Part shown: one piece after another, positions 48,498-62,204 of the stretch
Layout of the letters: the number at the start of each line of letters is the position of its first letter
How positions within the stretch are numbered: position 1 is the first letter of the stretch
Origin: Phoronis australis
Taxonomy: Eukaryota; Animalia; Phoronida
Assembly: GCA_002633005.1 (NCBI GenBank)
Contig: NMRA01000514.1
Coordinates: forward strand, 1 to 64,000
Direction: 5' to 3'
DNA length: 64,000 bases
Notes under the pieces: generated by a model
Databases searched by the model: none
What the model saw: only the letters and a program-made list of their open reading frames with translations
What the model was told of the DNA's origin: nothing
Made by a program: the position numbers and the translations under genes

Positions 48498-51020
48498 TGC
48501 GTGGTGTTGTCTTTGAGCTGCTGTATAGGACTGTCTGTAATTACTTGGACCCATGCTATTGTTGGGACAACAGGATTCTGAAAATTACCTCACAAAAGGA
48601 ACTGCATTCAGACGCACCCTCTTTTGTAATAAAAATGTTCAGAAAGTGTTTTATATTTTAGATTGTGTTGTCCATTTTTTGAAATTGAGCTGAAGTAAGG
48701 TTGCTTTTTTACTGCAGTCTTGTGCTGTTCTTCCTTCCCTGAAGTTGCAGCCATGTCCACGTTTTTAAACAAGTGAGAAAATTTTGGTAAAAAACGAGAG
48801 AAATTATTTACTAGGAGACATTTAGTTAGTTGTAACTTCCTCCTGTTAATTCCTGTTCCACAATGCCAGGAAGAACAGTTAAATGTATGTGACCAAGAGT
48901 GTGAGCTGTGGGCTGGAAACGCTATGCTCGACTCTCCTAGCAAGTAACTTCTCTCGTTTTTTACCATTATCACAGGAGACAACGATGAACACTTTTAACC
49001 ATGAGAAAATATCCTAAAATTAATCTGTTACAAACAGGATTATGATCTTGGTACATTTTTTTATTTTCTGATTTGTGATGACACCAAGTTCACTTACTGT
49101 TACATTTGACTCAAACGCTCGGTCGTGAGGTCAATTTCCAGTAGTCCAAATCTGAATAAGAAAACTAATCTCCAGTTCACAAACTGACCCAAAATTTTAC
49201 ATGTACCTGAATTAAAGAATCCTTTTTGCCATAAGTCTCGAGTTTTAGGGATGTTTCTATTTGAAGTCTAACCTTGTCTTCTGACGTGAATGGCAAATGT
49301 AAATATAATATAAAAGTGATGGTGCAAGGCTGTATATTCTCTACGTTATTGTCAATTCAGGAAAACTCCGTGAAGGAGCATTTTTACGATGATGCAGAAA
49401 GTTGAAGTAAACAATGGGATTTCACATTTAATAATAAATAAATGTAACATTACGTTTATGGATAGACAGACAAATGAAGAAATGGAACACGTCTGGTTGT
49501 TTGGCATAAGTTTAATTATCACAGCACAAGTTGACATTCAGTTTCAGATCCCTTCACACACAACGACACACCCACATTTAAAACATTATCATAGCACCAT
49601 GGCAACCACAAGCCCAGCATGAAAATTAAAATTAAAAAGACATTAGATATATAATTGTATAAATAAAAACTCAAGAGCTATCTACGTAATAAACTGAATT
49701 GTTTCAATGCAAGTTTAGTAGTCAAATACTTAAACAAGAAGCCCATTTGTAAATTGGAATGAAATTCACGAAACCCAACAACTCCAATATTGACCAAAGA
49801 CATCTGAGATCATGGAACAAAATCAAGCACTTGATAGGATAAAAAACATTAACCAAGGCACCTTCCCAAATCTGACAATCACAAATATCGGATAATAATA
49901 AATATGAAAAAGAAAACTGGACGCAGCGTCTTGTAATTCACTTTCAAAATTGAGTCAAATAAGACTTCCAACGACCCAAATGCTTCTAAATGGAGTTGAC
50001 TTTAAAAATAAGCTTCGAAATTTAGGTCTGACATTTATTCAAGCATGTATTGCCAATTACTGGTGTGGCATGGATATGATTGTCTTGTTGCAGAGTCTCG
50101 TAGACGCAGATCTCCAGCAGAGTACAAGGGTTTAACTACTCTGAAAGGACAAAAAAAATTTCTGACCACCATTTCAGTGGATCCTAAATTCGCAGATTCA
50201 CTCTTGGCAAAGCAATGACATGCTTCAATGCATACATCCATTGGCTTCACGGGTATATTGCACACTATATGATTGATGAAACTCGTAATCATATTATCTG
50301 AATAGTTCATGATTGAGTCGCAATGTCCCACGTCTTTCAATCCAGTATTGCTGTTACAGTATGACTATCCTACCCTAAATCAGTCTCTAAGTCGTGTGGA
50401 ACTTTGCAAATGCTGTCCTATCGGTTGTGTTAAGATTAGTGACAACGTATAAATTCAGAGGAGAGTTGGCGACAGTCCTTATGAATTGAGATGCCATGCA
50501 GTGTGCAGCGGGCTTTAATTTTCAAGCTAAATCAGTGAAGTTGTTGAATTTGGTGCAGACTTTTTCCTTACTTGAATGAAATGAAATTATGTATTGCTCT
50601 AGACAAGGCTCGACAAGTAGAACTTTCATGGCTGTGCCATTTTATGTACCGAGTGTTGTCTCCAGCAACTTACTATTTACCAGGAAACTGTACCCTTCAT
50701 GTAAATCTGCTTTCCAAGGGTGTTATGATTTTAAAGGAGGTTTTTTGTGTTTTCAAAGACCGCATTTCAGTCCTTAAAGGTACAGTATTTCGTGAAATTG
50801 ACACCATCATGTGGTCTTATTTGATGTCTGAGTAGATGACCGAGTAAGTGGAACAAGTCAAGTTTGTTTCATTGACAGAATGGTTTCATAGCACCTTTAA
50901 AGCATTTTCTCTCAGAATAGTCCTAATATTAACACTATTTACTGATACTCATTTCGCCATCACAACTCCCTGAGCTCAAATTCTGTTGAGACAGCAACTC
51001 AACAGTTAAATATAACTTGT

Positions 51021-54000
51021 TTAAGCAATGAGAACATTTTCTACTCCGTGCTTGCGTATACATTCCTCCACTGAGCTAACAATGTGCGACAGCCTGCGAT
51101 CCATGGCAGTGTAATGAGCTGAGGTCAACACGGGGTCAAGGACATCCTGACTCAACAGTTTACGCAACACTTGGCTCAAGACTCCGCGCTGAAGTTGGAG
51201 CAGGCGGTCCCAGGTGCTGCGACGTAGTCTGTGAATGTCAACAAATGAGAGCTGTGAGTTTGAATAAACAATAAAGAAATGTAAACAGGTATTCAAGGAA
51301 ATCACCACGGTAGTGCAGATACCAAAACATTGCAAGCAATACAGAATTAGTGAATGGTCCTTAGGTGTTTGCTGCGTTGATAAAAACAACCATTGATTTA
51401 AATTGGCTTGACACATTTCAGTGCTGTGTTCCTAGAATAATAAAACCGAAAGCCAGGTCAGTACATTCTCAGGCTTATTGATTACAATAGACCAATAATG
51501 AAATAAATTAGTTGGCTCTGGTCTGTGTTTTTCTGTACGTCGATTTGGCAGTGGGGTACGCTTTCAAAAAATGAAAACTCACCCCATACAAACATGTATG
51601 ATGGAGGGTCTTTTAGTCTATCGCAAGGCCTTGCTTACGTTTGCGTAGTTGGGGAGCCTCGGTCTCGAAATGAGACTGGATAGCGACGAAAACTAACTAC
51701 ACTTTTTTTGCCTAACATGGCATTTGTCAACTGAAATACAACAACCAACTGTGAGTATATTAGGTGCTGCATCATGCATTCCTACAAAGACGGTCTAAAA
51801 TATTCAATGAAATTGCGACATTGCTAACAAAATTATTAAAAATAACACCCAGGTACTAATGGAGTTCATCATCTTCATAAAGGAAGACTGTTTTTGACTA
51901 CTCACAGCTGTGATTCATCAGTACAGTAGGTGTCTACCTCTACTGACAAAGAAGAAAACACGAAGACTTCTCTTGAAGAGGTCCAACACAAGAACACGCG
52001 GCAGGAAAATATAATCACAGCTGGGCAACTTAAGCGGTTCTGACACTTAAATATAATTTGTCCTGTTAATTTACAAATTAACTGAACACAGATGCCATAA
52101 TCATAGCCACGGATAAACATTCACTACAGACTGACAGTTGCAAGGTCACATGCAGCGCCATCTTTTGATTTGTTTTGGGTTTTAATACACTTTGGGCCAA
52201 GTGGTGTTTATTATTTGTTACAGCACTAAGATTCACCATAAACACAGATGCTCATGAGAGTGAAATCTGAAATGTGGGGCTGGTTTATCTCGGTGATTAT
52301 CCTACGGAATCCATCATGACCAAAATTGCTCTCGGACTAATCGCCCATGCATTCATTGTGCCATAAACAAAATAATAATGAGTTGAAGTGGCATATTCAA
52401 ATTACGAACACGACAATTAAACAAAAGTTATCATAAATGCTCTCAATTGTCTTAATTTTTGTTCATATTGGCTCGACCGAGATGAACATGTAGCACGCTT
52501 TCTGCATAGCAACACGAGATTGGCCTACATGAATAGCCGAGGTAATGCTGAACTCATCATTGTAAGAAAAATACTAATTGCAGGTGGATATATTCATTAA
52601 AAGACCGTTTTAACCTCATTTTAATCCTAGGAGTGGGTCCGGAAATATGTTCCAACACAAAGTGATTACATTGTTTACCAGCAACGTTAGCAGGCAGGCT
52701 AGTTATCTAGTCAATATTGTGGTTCATAAGCCACAGTGCATTTGGCCTGATTGCCCAAGAAAGTCATGCATCAATATTCCTACATAGAGCCTTAGCAACA
52801 CCTTCTAGTTGACCTCAGTTATGTTGTAGGCCACTCATGGAGGTTTGTTGATAGTGACTGCAGCTAGCGCAATATAATCCACTGGGATTGAAGCTTCAAC
52901 CACTTAACCATGCATGGCGCTTTAACTCCACTTCAGCTGATATTGGGGCTACGTTACCATGACTTATGGTCCAGAATCTCATTGGACTTGAAAGGGGCCA
53001 TTATTCTTACCTGCAACACTGTATAATTGGTGCCAAAATACTTTTTTCATCCCAGTAAGGGTTACCAAAACTGAAAGTTGACAAAACACAGTACTATAGT
53101 CTTACATCATAAACAGGGCCATAAATTCCATGTACTAATTTAGATAAACACAACAGTCGAACACTCCAGCAATACATGACGGTAGTCACGTTCAATACCA
53201 TCTTACAATAGTCTTCCATGAACAGACTCTTGCACCACGTTGTTTATGGTTCATTACATGCTAGAAAGTCATAAATATTGCTATGCTGTGCTCAGCTTAT
53301 CTGAATAATTCATTTTCTCCTGAGCTGAATATTGCGACTACTTCCTGTTACAGTAACAGCAGTCAGGACTGTTTGTTCAAACTAATTCCCAAGGGGGGTT
53401 GCAGCTGAAAAGTTCAGATGCTCACTCATTTAGAGGGGTGTGATTGAAAAAGGGAAATCAATCCATTTGTATAATTTGCATGAGAAACTCGCTCCTTTAT
53501 AGGAATTGGTTTCAGAAAACCACCCTTTTGTAGGAATTCTTGTATAGCTGCCCAAAACAAGTCATGAAGAAATGTCGTGATGCGATGAATGAGTAATGGA
53601 TTTGCAACTAAAGTTTTTAAAATATAGAAAACATTGAAAACCCTTAAGTAGATTTGTGTAGTTGAAAAGGTAACCAAAACTCAAAAAGTGAACCCATTTG
53701 TGAGGAATTAAATCGATTAAAGCAGCCGTTTGGAAGGTAACTGTCAGAAAAGCCCCCCCCTTGATAGGAAAACTTGTGAAAAGTCACCCCCCACAAGTGT
53801 CACGTACTGCATAGCTCGTCTATGGTAGTACCCCCGGAATGAGGAGGAAGCAGAATACACATCAATGTGTTATGACTATTTTTATGACTTATTCAACAAA
53901 GTCTTGTAAAACTGCTGAAACAGATCACATCAAGATTGAAGAAGGTAGACGTGAAGGTGAGTCACCAGCAACTACCATGTTAATAGCAGACGTTTCATAT

Positions 54001-57000
54001 TGGCGCTCTCTAGAGAAATGAGAGCGAGAAAGCGCCTTACGCGTGATCCCGACTGAGATCGATTGGTGGACAAAAATTCAAAACTACATTGTGGTTCATT
54101 AATTTAGAAACGGAGGAATAAATCACACCGTCAACACTCCCGTTGGTTAGGTTAAGTTCACTAAGTTTAAACCTATTTTAGCTTTTTGACATCGGCTGAA
54201 ATTCGACAGCATTAAGAGTCTGCCTCTGATTGTGCAGCTGCAGATTTCCTCCTGACATTGGGAAATGTATGGGCCATAATGGGCAGCCATGATTTCAAGA
54301 CAATTGTTTTTACTGTTAGGCATTAGTACATTCCACCTCGCAGCAGTGGAAATTTGCCTCCATTATGACAGCGTCCGCATTACATGGGATCTGTAGGTGG
54401 AGCTGATCACCATATGGAAGGATAGTGAATTTCAATATGGCTTGGATACTTCGCAAATCAGCTATTTAACAAAGGCCAAACCTGTTTTAAATTTTCTGCT
54501 AAAGCAGTTTGATATTTTACATAGTATTACCTTCTATTTATATGAAACAATGCAGTTTTTTGCAAGTGGGGACCATCTTAGGTATCATCAGAACTAACGA
54601 GACCCAAAAAAAATCAGTGAGTGGAAATAAAATTTGTAACCATCACAACAATTTTTCCATTGCGTAGAAAACGTCCAAAATCAAAAGTCACAAGGGCAAG
54701 GTATCGTTTGTATTTTTTTCTGCGTAAACTGAAAAACAAACTAGACGAAAATAACCTCAAATTTCAAAATAAAATAAAGTTTTGTCTCATCTATGACAGC
54801 AGTTGGTGTAATTAGTTTTATGACCGGGAAGTCAGCAGAATACACAAACTCTCTTACCAAGCCAGTTAAGTTCATGGATATTGCCCTTGAACACCTACCT
54901 AGTCCATTCAGTGAGGCCCGTCATGACAGTGAAACAGTTGCCATGCACCGTACCTTGGCAGCGCAGAGTTAAAAAAAGAACAACTTTGGTAAAGTCTCTT
55001 CTAGAATTGACCTATCGCAAGCTCCGCCCCTTGTGAAAAGTCAACAAATAAACAATAAGTTTTACATGGCAAAGTGCTGTTTGTCCTGTAAAATGGTGGC
55101 TTGGAAATGAAGGTGTGTCAGGAATGCTGCATTCTGATTGGTCAGTTAAGCAGTCAATCCTAGTTATAGGTCAGTTATGGTCAATTGATCCTCACCTCTT
55201 GGCACTATCCAACATGACTATCATGCTGTCCTCCACACCTTTGAACGTCTCGTAGTGGTGACGATCAGCATTGCCCATCAAGTAATCAAATACAGAAGCA
55301 TCCAGTATATCCAAGAGGCGGGTCCCTCTATCGTAAGGCGGGCTCTCCACAACTGACTGGCAGTAAGTGTCATGGGTTTCCCACCTGCAAAAAAAGTAAA
55401 TAAAGAATGTATCCAGCATATCTAGAAGGTGGCTTGCTCTACCGCAAGATGGGCTCTACACAAGTGACGCACTGAAAGTGTCATCTGTTTCACGCCTGGA
55501 AACAGAATGCATCCGGACATGTATCTAGGAGGTGGGTCCCTCTATCAGAAGGTGGGGCTTTGTACAATGTATTGACAATAAGAGTCATCTGTCATTACAG
55601 GATATATATATATATGTGTAGACCAATCTGGAAGGTGATATCAGATCATATGAATCAAGGCAACATTGTAAACGTGAGGTACATACGACATGATACACCA
55701 AAAGGATAGGTCTATCTCAATTATAATTTGTTTACATGTTTCCTCCCCCTGTTTTTTGCCTCGTATTATGTAATCTTACTTTTACATACTAGGTTTTTAC
55801 AGTGTCTGATTGGTTTGATTACAAATACATGTAACAACGCAAGTCTGGGAGGCATTACCTCATAACACTGATGTTATCCTACCACATTTCAGAGGAGAGA
55901 AGTAGCAGCGATCGTGTAATATTCTGATATCATCAGGCCTGTCTCGAGCCTGTTTACTGAGTTAAGTAAACCAAGGATTACTACACTGAGGTTCCACAAG
56001 AAGGATACAAAATGCTCTGTAATGATTATCAGAATACAGGCCCATGAATATGCCTTCTAGGTGATGTGTGTAGGCAGTGCTGTTCAGCACTTGGGCTGCA
56101 GTGTACAAGGCAATAGTCATTTACAAATTTTGACTAGTTTGTTGCCTATTATTCTGTGTAAAAAGCTGTTTCTCAAAATATATAACCCTTGTAAGTGACT
56201 ATAAACTTGTCATCCTACATAAATATTATTATTTAATATGTCTTAAAGAAATCAATAGATGCTTTTAAAAATGAGGAATATGGAAATTCTTTGAAAAAAT
56301 CGTAAACGGGTTACTCGCCAAAGTCGTATTTCCATATAACAGGGCAAACTCACTAAACCTTGTTTACAAACCCACGATGCTCCGTGGAATATACCAGATA
56401 CAAACAAAGCCAATTTAAAATTCTGAAGATGAACACGATGTAACTGAATTTGCATAGGACTGATGAGGAAAACAGGATTTTTGCTAAAGTTGTATTTTTA
56501 CCAGTATTTCTTAATACTGATATGTACTGTTGCTGGAATACTGGTACGCAGCCCTACATTGACCACACCTGGCTAATTTGTTGTTCCTGTACGTCCGTCT
56601 CCAGGGGTGAGGGGACACCTCCAGTGTCCACTTGGAAGGTAACCACAGACTGACAATTCCTTCCAGCAGGTCACCCTCTGCACAGACACCATCCTTTGGT
56701 CCTCTACAGTATCGACACTGACCGAAGAAGCATGTGTTGTTCTCTGGAAGCAGAAGATACATCATTATTTATGATTCGTTTCTTGTTTGTTAAATTAATT
56801 CATTTCTTCTCAAATGATCCTTGCCTTGACTAAGGACTCTTCGAAGAGGTGCAGCCATTTTTGTTTGGAGACACGTGACTATATATTGTGATTTGATTAC
56901 AGTTCGATTAATCAGCGTACACTTACTACTCACCGTGTTTGAAGAATGTGTTTTTCAGAAGCTGGGACGCCACAGGTAATATTTCTGAGTTGAGATGAAC

Positions 57001-60000
57001 ATAGCGACCGGCGACCAGTGGTGAGCGTCTAAACTCAAGAAGTCTGAACAGAGAAACACATTCAATTGAAATAATTATAATGTCAACTGTGCGAATACAA
57101 GTTATGACGTTCAAAATTTAGCAAAAGTTGGAGCAAGGCAAGCAATTAGTGCATAACCAAAAATTTACGACTCGTAAAGACTGCCAATCTATTACTACTA
57201 CAACTAATAACTACAGCAATGTTATGTGGCACAACTGAAACATCAATAAGACAATCCGTTTAATCTCAGGATTTTAGTCAAATACAAAATATTAATAAAC
57301 CACAAACTATTCATTATCAGTCTGTTTTAAAACGATTCTTTTGAGGCTACATTTTTAACGTAAACGTCAGCAAGGAGCGAAGTTGATGCCCTCAATAAGA
57401 CTGAGTGAATCGATGAAACAAACTCTCAATTAACTCTGAGCAGAAAAACAAAATATGAGTGACTTGAAATATGCAAATGAAAATGTCACGTAAAAGTTGT
57501 TAATTTTTTGAAACTTCATATTCCATCCGTTGTTCGGACTCTTGTCGAAAATCGGAAAAAATGCCGCTAGTAGAACAGTACAAGGCAAAATAAATCACAC
57601 CTATTTCCCACTTATAAGGCTAATTTTGTGAAAAACAGAAAACGACCGAGTGTCACAGTGACAATTGAGTGTTACTCTGATAAAATACTTCTCATTTATA
57701 CACATTCAAAGCCTTAGCCACCTTGACAATGCACCAGTTAATTCCCATTAATTCTTGGTCATGAGAGAAGGTTACACTGGTGATGAAGTCAACTTCCATC
57801 CAGCTATTGCTATGGGGAATTCCAGTGCATTTTGTCATGTGCTACAGTAGGTCTATGAGAGGAGGCAATGTGGCCTAGCGCAATAATTATCCGTTTCCTT
57901 TACTCAAATTGTGGGCTGAGTCCGACTGGAGCACACTGTTAGGCTCTTCAGTCACTCGGTCTTATCTATATATTTGATAAAGCGTAAAAATGATTCCAGA
58001 TGATCTGTGCAATGGCCCCATTGCACACCTCTAGTACAATGTACAGCAGACTGCCTGCAATTATTTTTTAGGCCTTTGGATAACTTCTCAATTTCTTACT
58101 TCCTAGTTTTACCATTCTATTATTAAGAACTAACAATAAAACTGTCTCACCTATTGTACCAGACCGACTGCAATCATTTTTAGGCCTTTGGACAACTTGT
58201 CAATTTTTTGCTTCCCAGTTTAATCATTTTATTAAGAACTAAATTAATTCACAATAAAATTATCTCACCTGCTCAGGTGAAAGGCCGCCACCTCCGCATT
58301 ATGCCGGTCAGCGCCATCGTAAGGTTTACCAATGATGACAAAGTCACGGTCATACCTGAAAAAAAAACGCCGAAAATTTGTCGAAGTCTGGAGACACCAA
58401 ATGGGCTCACATCAATGATACACCAGGCTGATGACAGAAACGGATAGCGTATTTACTTAATGATTACATCATTGATGGAAAAAAGTGTCATAGTTCTAGT
58501 TAATCATTATTTCACTTTAGAAGTGCACAGGTATCTCACTAAAGATTTACTTTTCATGCAAATCAAGTAGGACCCCAATTCCTCACCTACCATGCATACA
58601 ATACGACAGGCGAAACTTTATTTTATCAAATTTTGCATCAAAATAACCATTAAGGAAATCTTGCAATTTAAGCTTGGTTTGTAGGGTGCAGATGTCTGAA
58701 AACTACGGAGGAGCATTAGGGCCAGAAAACAACATTTTGCAAAGTTTATAATAACTGCACCGAGGTAAATGGATTTTGAAAAAAGTAATTTTGCCAATAA
58801 CTTATGTGCGAAATGAATGAACAGTTACCCTACAGTGAAACTTTCATATGTCGGACTTATATGAGTTTCATGTTAATTACCATTTTGGTTTGAACACAGC
58901 CCTCTGTCCACCCTCTAGAGTCAGGGTGAGTTTGAGCTGTGTCCCACCGTGACCTACATCTGCATACAAGATCTTCGACGTGGTCATCTCCTTCAATATG
59001 GCACCTAAAACATGGCAGCTGATGAGTGTACTGGGCCCGTTTCAGGAAAAGTGACTTAAGATTTAAGATATTTGGTCTTACGATCCACTCAACTATTTCT
59101 GAAACTAAATCTCACTTCAGCAAAAGTGCAAGGTCTCTGTGTATATCATATACATAACTGTTAGTCACTGTAATTTGCTCATAAATACCTGACTGCAGGC
59201 CTTTATCCAGGATTTCGAAAATAGGGTGTCCAAAATGGGGTTCCCAATATTCCAGGGCCTCCATGATTATGACGCGGAACCCTCACCCCCAGCAATCCCC
59301 CCAAACACACAGATTTTTTTACAAAAAGTGCATAGGCCAAGACTTTTACAATGCTATCAACCAAGTGTGAGCATAGCAACATTGTATATACTTTGTATAT
59401 ACATTGTATATTTCTCCCTGCTTTGAAAAAAGAGCCACCACTGTAAGTCTTCATGGGCTTCCTCTAATCATTACAATGTGTCCAAACTTGAAAGGTTCCT
59501 ATTGATAGTGGGGTCCAAATGATACATTGGGCGTCCTTGCCAGGGCGTCCATATTAGTGCTAGGACATCCATTTGGACGCCCAGGACGTACGCTGCATAA
59601 AGGCCTGCCTGACTGTCTAAATCTTTATTCAACAATATTGTAAAGCAGGAGCATAATACCAAATTTAAGTCTTAAAACACTTTTCATAAAACGGAGCTCC
59701 GGATAAAAGCTCAATTATCAACTTCAACACTTTAAGAGATTTAGAAATATGTGAAAGCTCTCATGACAAGCAGTGTCATATCTAGGAGGTCGCTTGTTAC
59801 AGTAAATAAATCAGAAAACTGAAAAAATTTAATCAAAGATAGTCCTAAGAAGAAAATTATCTTTGAGAATTTTGCAACCTACAATTGTCTGTAAAGATCA
59901 TTTATGAAGTACGTCAAACTAGGATTTATACACGCAAACAAAAGTGTCAGAAAATTATTAATTTAAAGTGGAGTTTTGCTTTGTTAATTAATTTACAAAC

Positions 60001-60401
60001 AATTGAACTGGGGAATTATATGTACTCAAACTGCTTTCAAAATATTGTTAAAAGGTAGAATGGTTCTAATCACCAAGTCCAGGAGCACCATCTGGTACAA
60101 TTTCACGGTGAGACACCCAACGAGCAGCAGTGTCCCAAGGCGATAGATGGGTTGTTGCGTCCATATTCAAACTATACTTCTTGACAAACTCATTGACAAG
60201 ATTAACATTCAGCTTGATGTCTTGCTTGGATTCAATGATGTTTAGCTGCTCATGCTTGACATTTTGTGCATGGAGGTCCTTGGCGATATGCCTTTTTTGG
60301 CGATGTCCTTGTATTTCCAACCCAGGCCAAAGAGTCTTGTAAGAGAGCACCACCACAAACACCAAAGTCAACACAAAGACGAGACGAGTCACATGCCTCA
60401 T
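51021..60401 (-). CDS. FAM20B: Glycosaminoglycan xylosylkinase FAM20B (426 aa, 8 coding exons)
   Basis: Exons 60074-60401, 58881-59004, 58269-58355, 56934-57043, 56569-56743, 55196-55384, 53011-53070, 51021-51228 (1281 nt, phases consistent). N-terminal TM anchor; motifs [80 protein letters not shown]. Confidence 0.95.
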
Positions 60402-60550
60402 GGCTCAAGTTCATTTAAAGGTCACTTCTGAAAACGAGAACAGGCATGTAATAAAAATAATTACGTAATTGACAAATCAATATATTTCAGTAGCAACCCT
60501 TCATTGACACACACTTGGTTGAAGACACGAACGCACCTTTTTTTAGATAA

Positions 60551-60709
60551 TTTAATATAATACTTATTTAATATAATACTTATTTAATATAATACTTATT
60601 TAATATAATACTTATTTAATATAATACTTATTTAATATAATACTTATTTAATATAATACTTATTTAATATAATACTTATTTAATATAATACTTATTTAAT
60701 ATAATACTT
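60551..60709. repeat. 16-bp AT-rich minisatellite TTTAATATAATACTTA, about 10 copies
   Basis: Direct reading. Confidence 0.95.
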
Positions 60710-62011
60710 GCTCGCAGTCTCTATACAATCTACAATCTTCAGGCCAGCAGTTAGGAAGCAAAAAAAACAAGAGAGGATGGTCACTGACTATCATCCAGGT
60801 AGCTTTTATTCACTTTTGGGGCCTTGAAGACTCGATGAATAGAGAGACAAGTTTCGTCAAAACTGGATATGACCACCCCCGGTTCGTTGTAATTGACACC
60901 TTGGTAATTATATAGAAAATAACAAACATTTCCTTACATCAACCCAGGTATGGTCAGCAATTTTGTGAGGAGGGTATAAAACGTTTTCAACATTCACACT
61001 CTCCGCATAAATTGCTGAATATAATGACACTATTTCATAGCTTTGGTACAGTCAGTATTTATCACAAGACAGTAGTCATCAATAGACAATACTCGATCAG
61101 CTGTTTAAGAGTCAGTGAGTGATAACTGCAGATGGATGACCTCCCCACCGTGTAAGTATAAGTTTGAAGTCAATCACACTGACTGCAACGACGTTCAATG
61201 ACAACGTTCAATATGATGGAATGAAGGGCTACTTGAAAAATGTTGATTTACTGTGGTGTTTGTGGAAAATTATCTGTGTCCCTCTATTCTCACAATGTAC
61301 TTATAGTAGTATGACTTCGATGGTTTAGTCAGCATGGCCCATAATTTACCATAAAGCTTCCAGTGTAAGGCGAATACCGTTTTTGCCCACTGGGCTGGAG
61401 AGGCCAGTTACATTGTCAACTAAATGTCTACCGCGATTGCCAAACTCAGACAAATTCCATCTCAGTCACGATCAAGTGTATCACCAAGCTTTTGCAATAA
61501 TTTTACCACGTTTTCTAGTCATAAACCAATCGTGACTCTCAAAAGATTTGGATACAGATCTGATGACTTTACCATCTCTCGTTACCGATTTTCACACGAC
61601 ACTCGACAGCTACCATTCTTTTTTACTTCCTCTTTTGGAAAGCTGTGACAACGTGACTGACCCCTTGTGGTCAGAAGAGTGTATCACTGAACAGCTGGAT
61701 AAGTAAACAATTGTTAGCGGTAAGTAGGCAACAATAGTAGAACTCAACCAAACATTAAATATTGTTTGATCCGTTTGATTGGTCTGTAACCCACGTGCCG
61801 TGCATAAAGGCTTATAGAACACGTATCAAATTGATTGATGTGAATATGCTCTGTGCCTAATGCCAAGTAATGGTAAGTAACACGACTCGAGTTTTCCTGC
61901 CGATTGTTTATCCTGCCTAAGTGCCCTAAGTCTAGGGACGTGACATAATCTTATGTAATCGCTGATTGGTTCTCCGATAATGGCGGTCACCGCTTTTTAA
62001 CCATTGTTTGA

Positions 62012-62204
62012 ACCTACCCCTCGAAAATCCACTTGCTCTCCGTAAAAACTGTAGGAACAAAGCACGGAAGGTTTGGATGACGTAAAACACACATTCCTGA
62101 ATGCATACGTCATGAATTAAGTTGTTTTCACGTTTTCATTCCCATGCTGTTCGTGCAGGAAAGTTGTTGTTAATCTTCAAGTCGTCGCATTTCTTCAGGT
62201 AAGT
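62012..62204. promoter_or_regulatory. Probable bidirectional promoter: FAM20B non-coding first exon (minus) and first exon of an unidentified plus-strand gene
   Basis: Minus-strand donor GTAGGT at 62017-62012, plus-strand donor CAG|GTAAGT at 62199, with CGGAAG and TGACGTAA motifs between them. The first FAM20B coding exon has an acceptor at 60428-60430, implying an upstream UTR exon. Confidence 0.45.

Noticed and set aside
48377-48661. 94-aa ORF with an apparent signal peptide and Cys residues
   Set aside because: Alternative frame over the last C11orf98 exon; the apparent signal peptide is the intron polypyrimidine tract.
50035-50340. 101-aa ORF downstream of the FAM20B stop
   Set aside because: No recognisable domain or splice context; most likely FAM20B 3'UTR.
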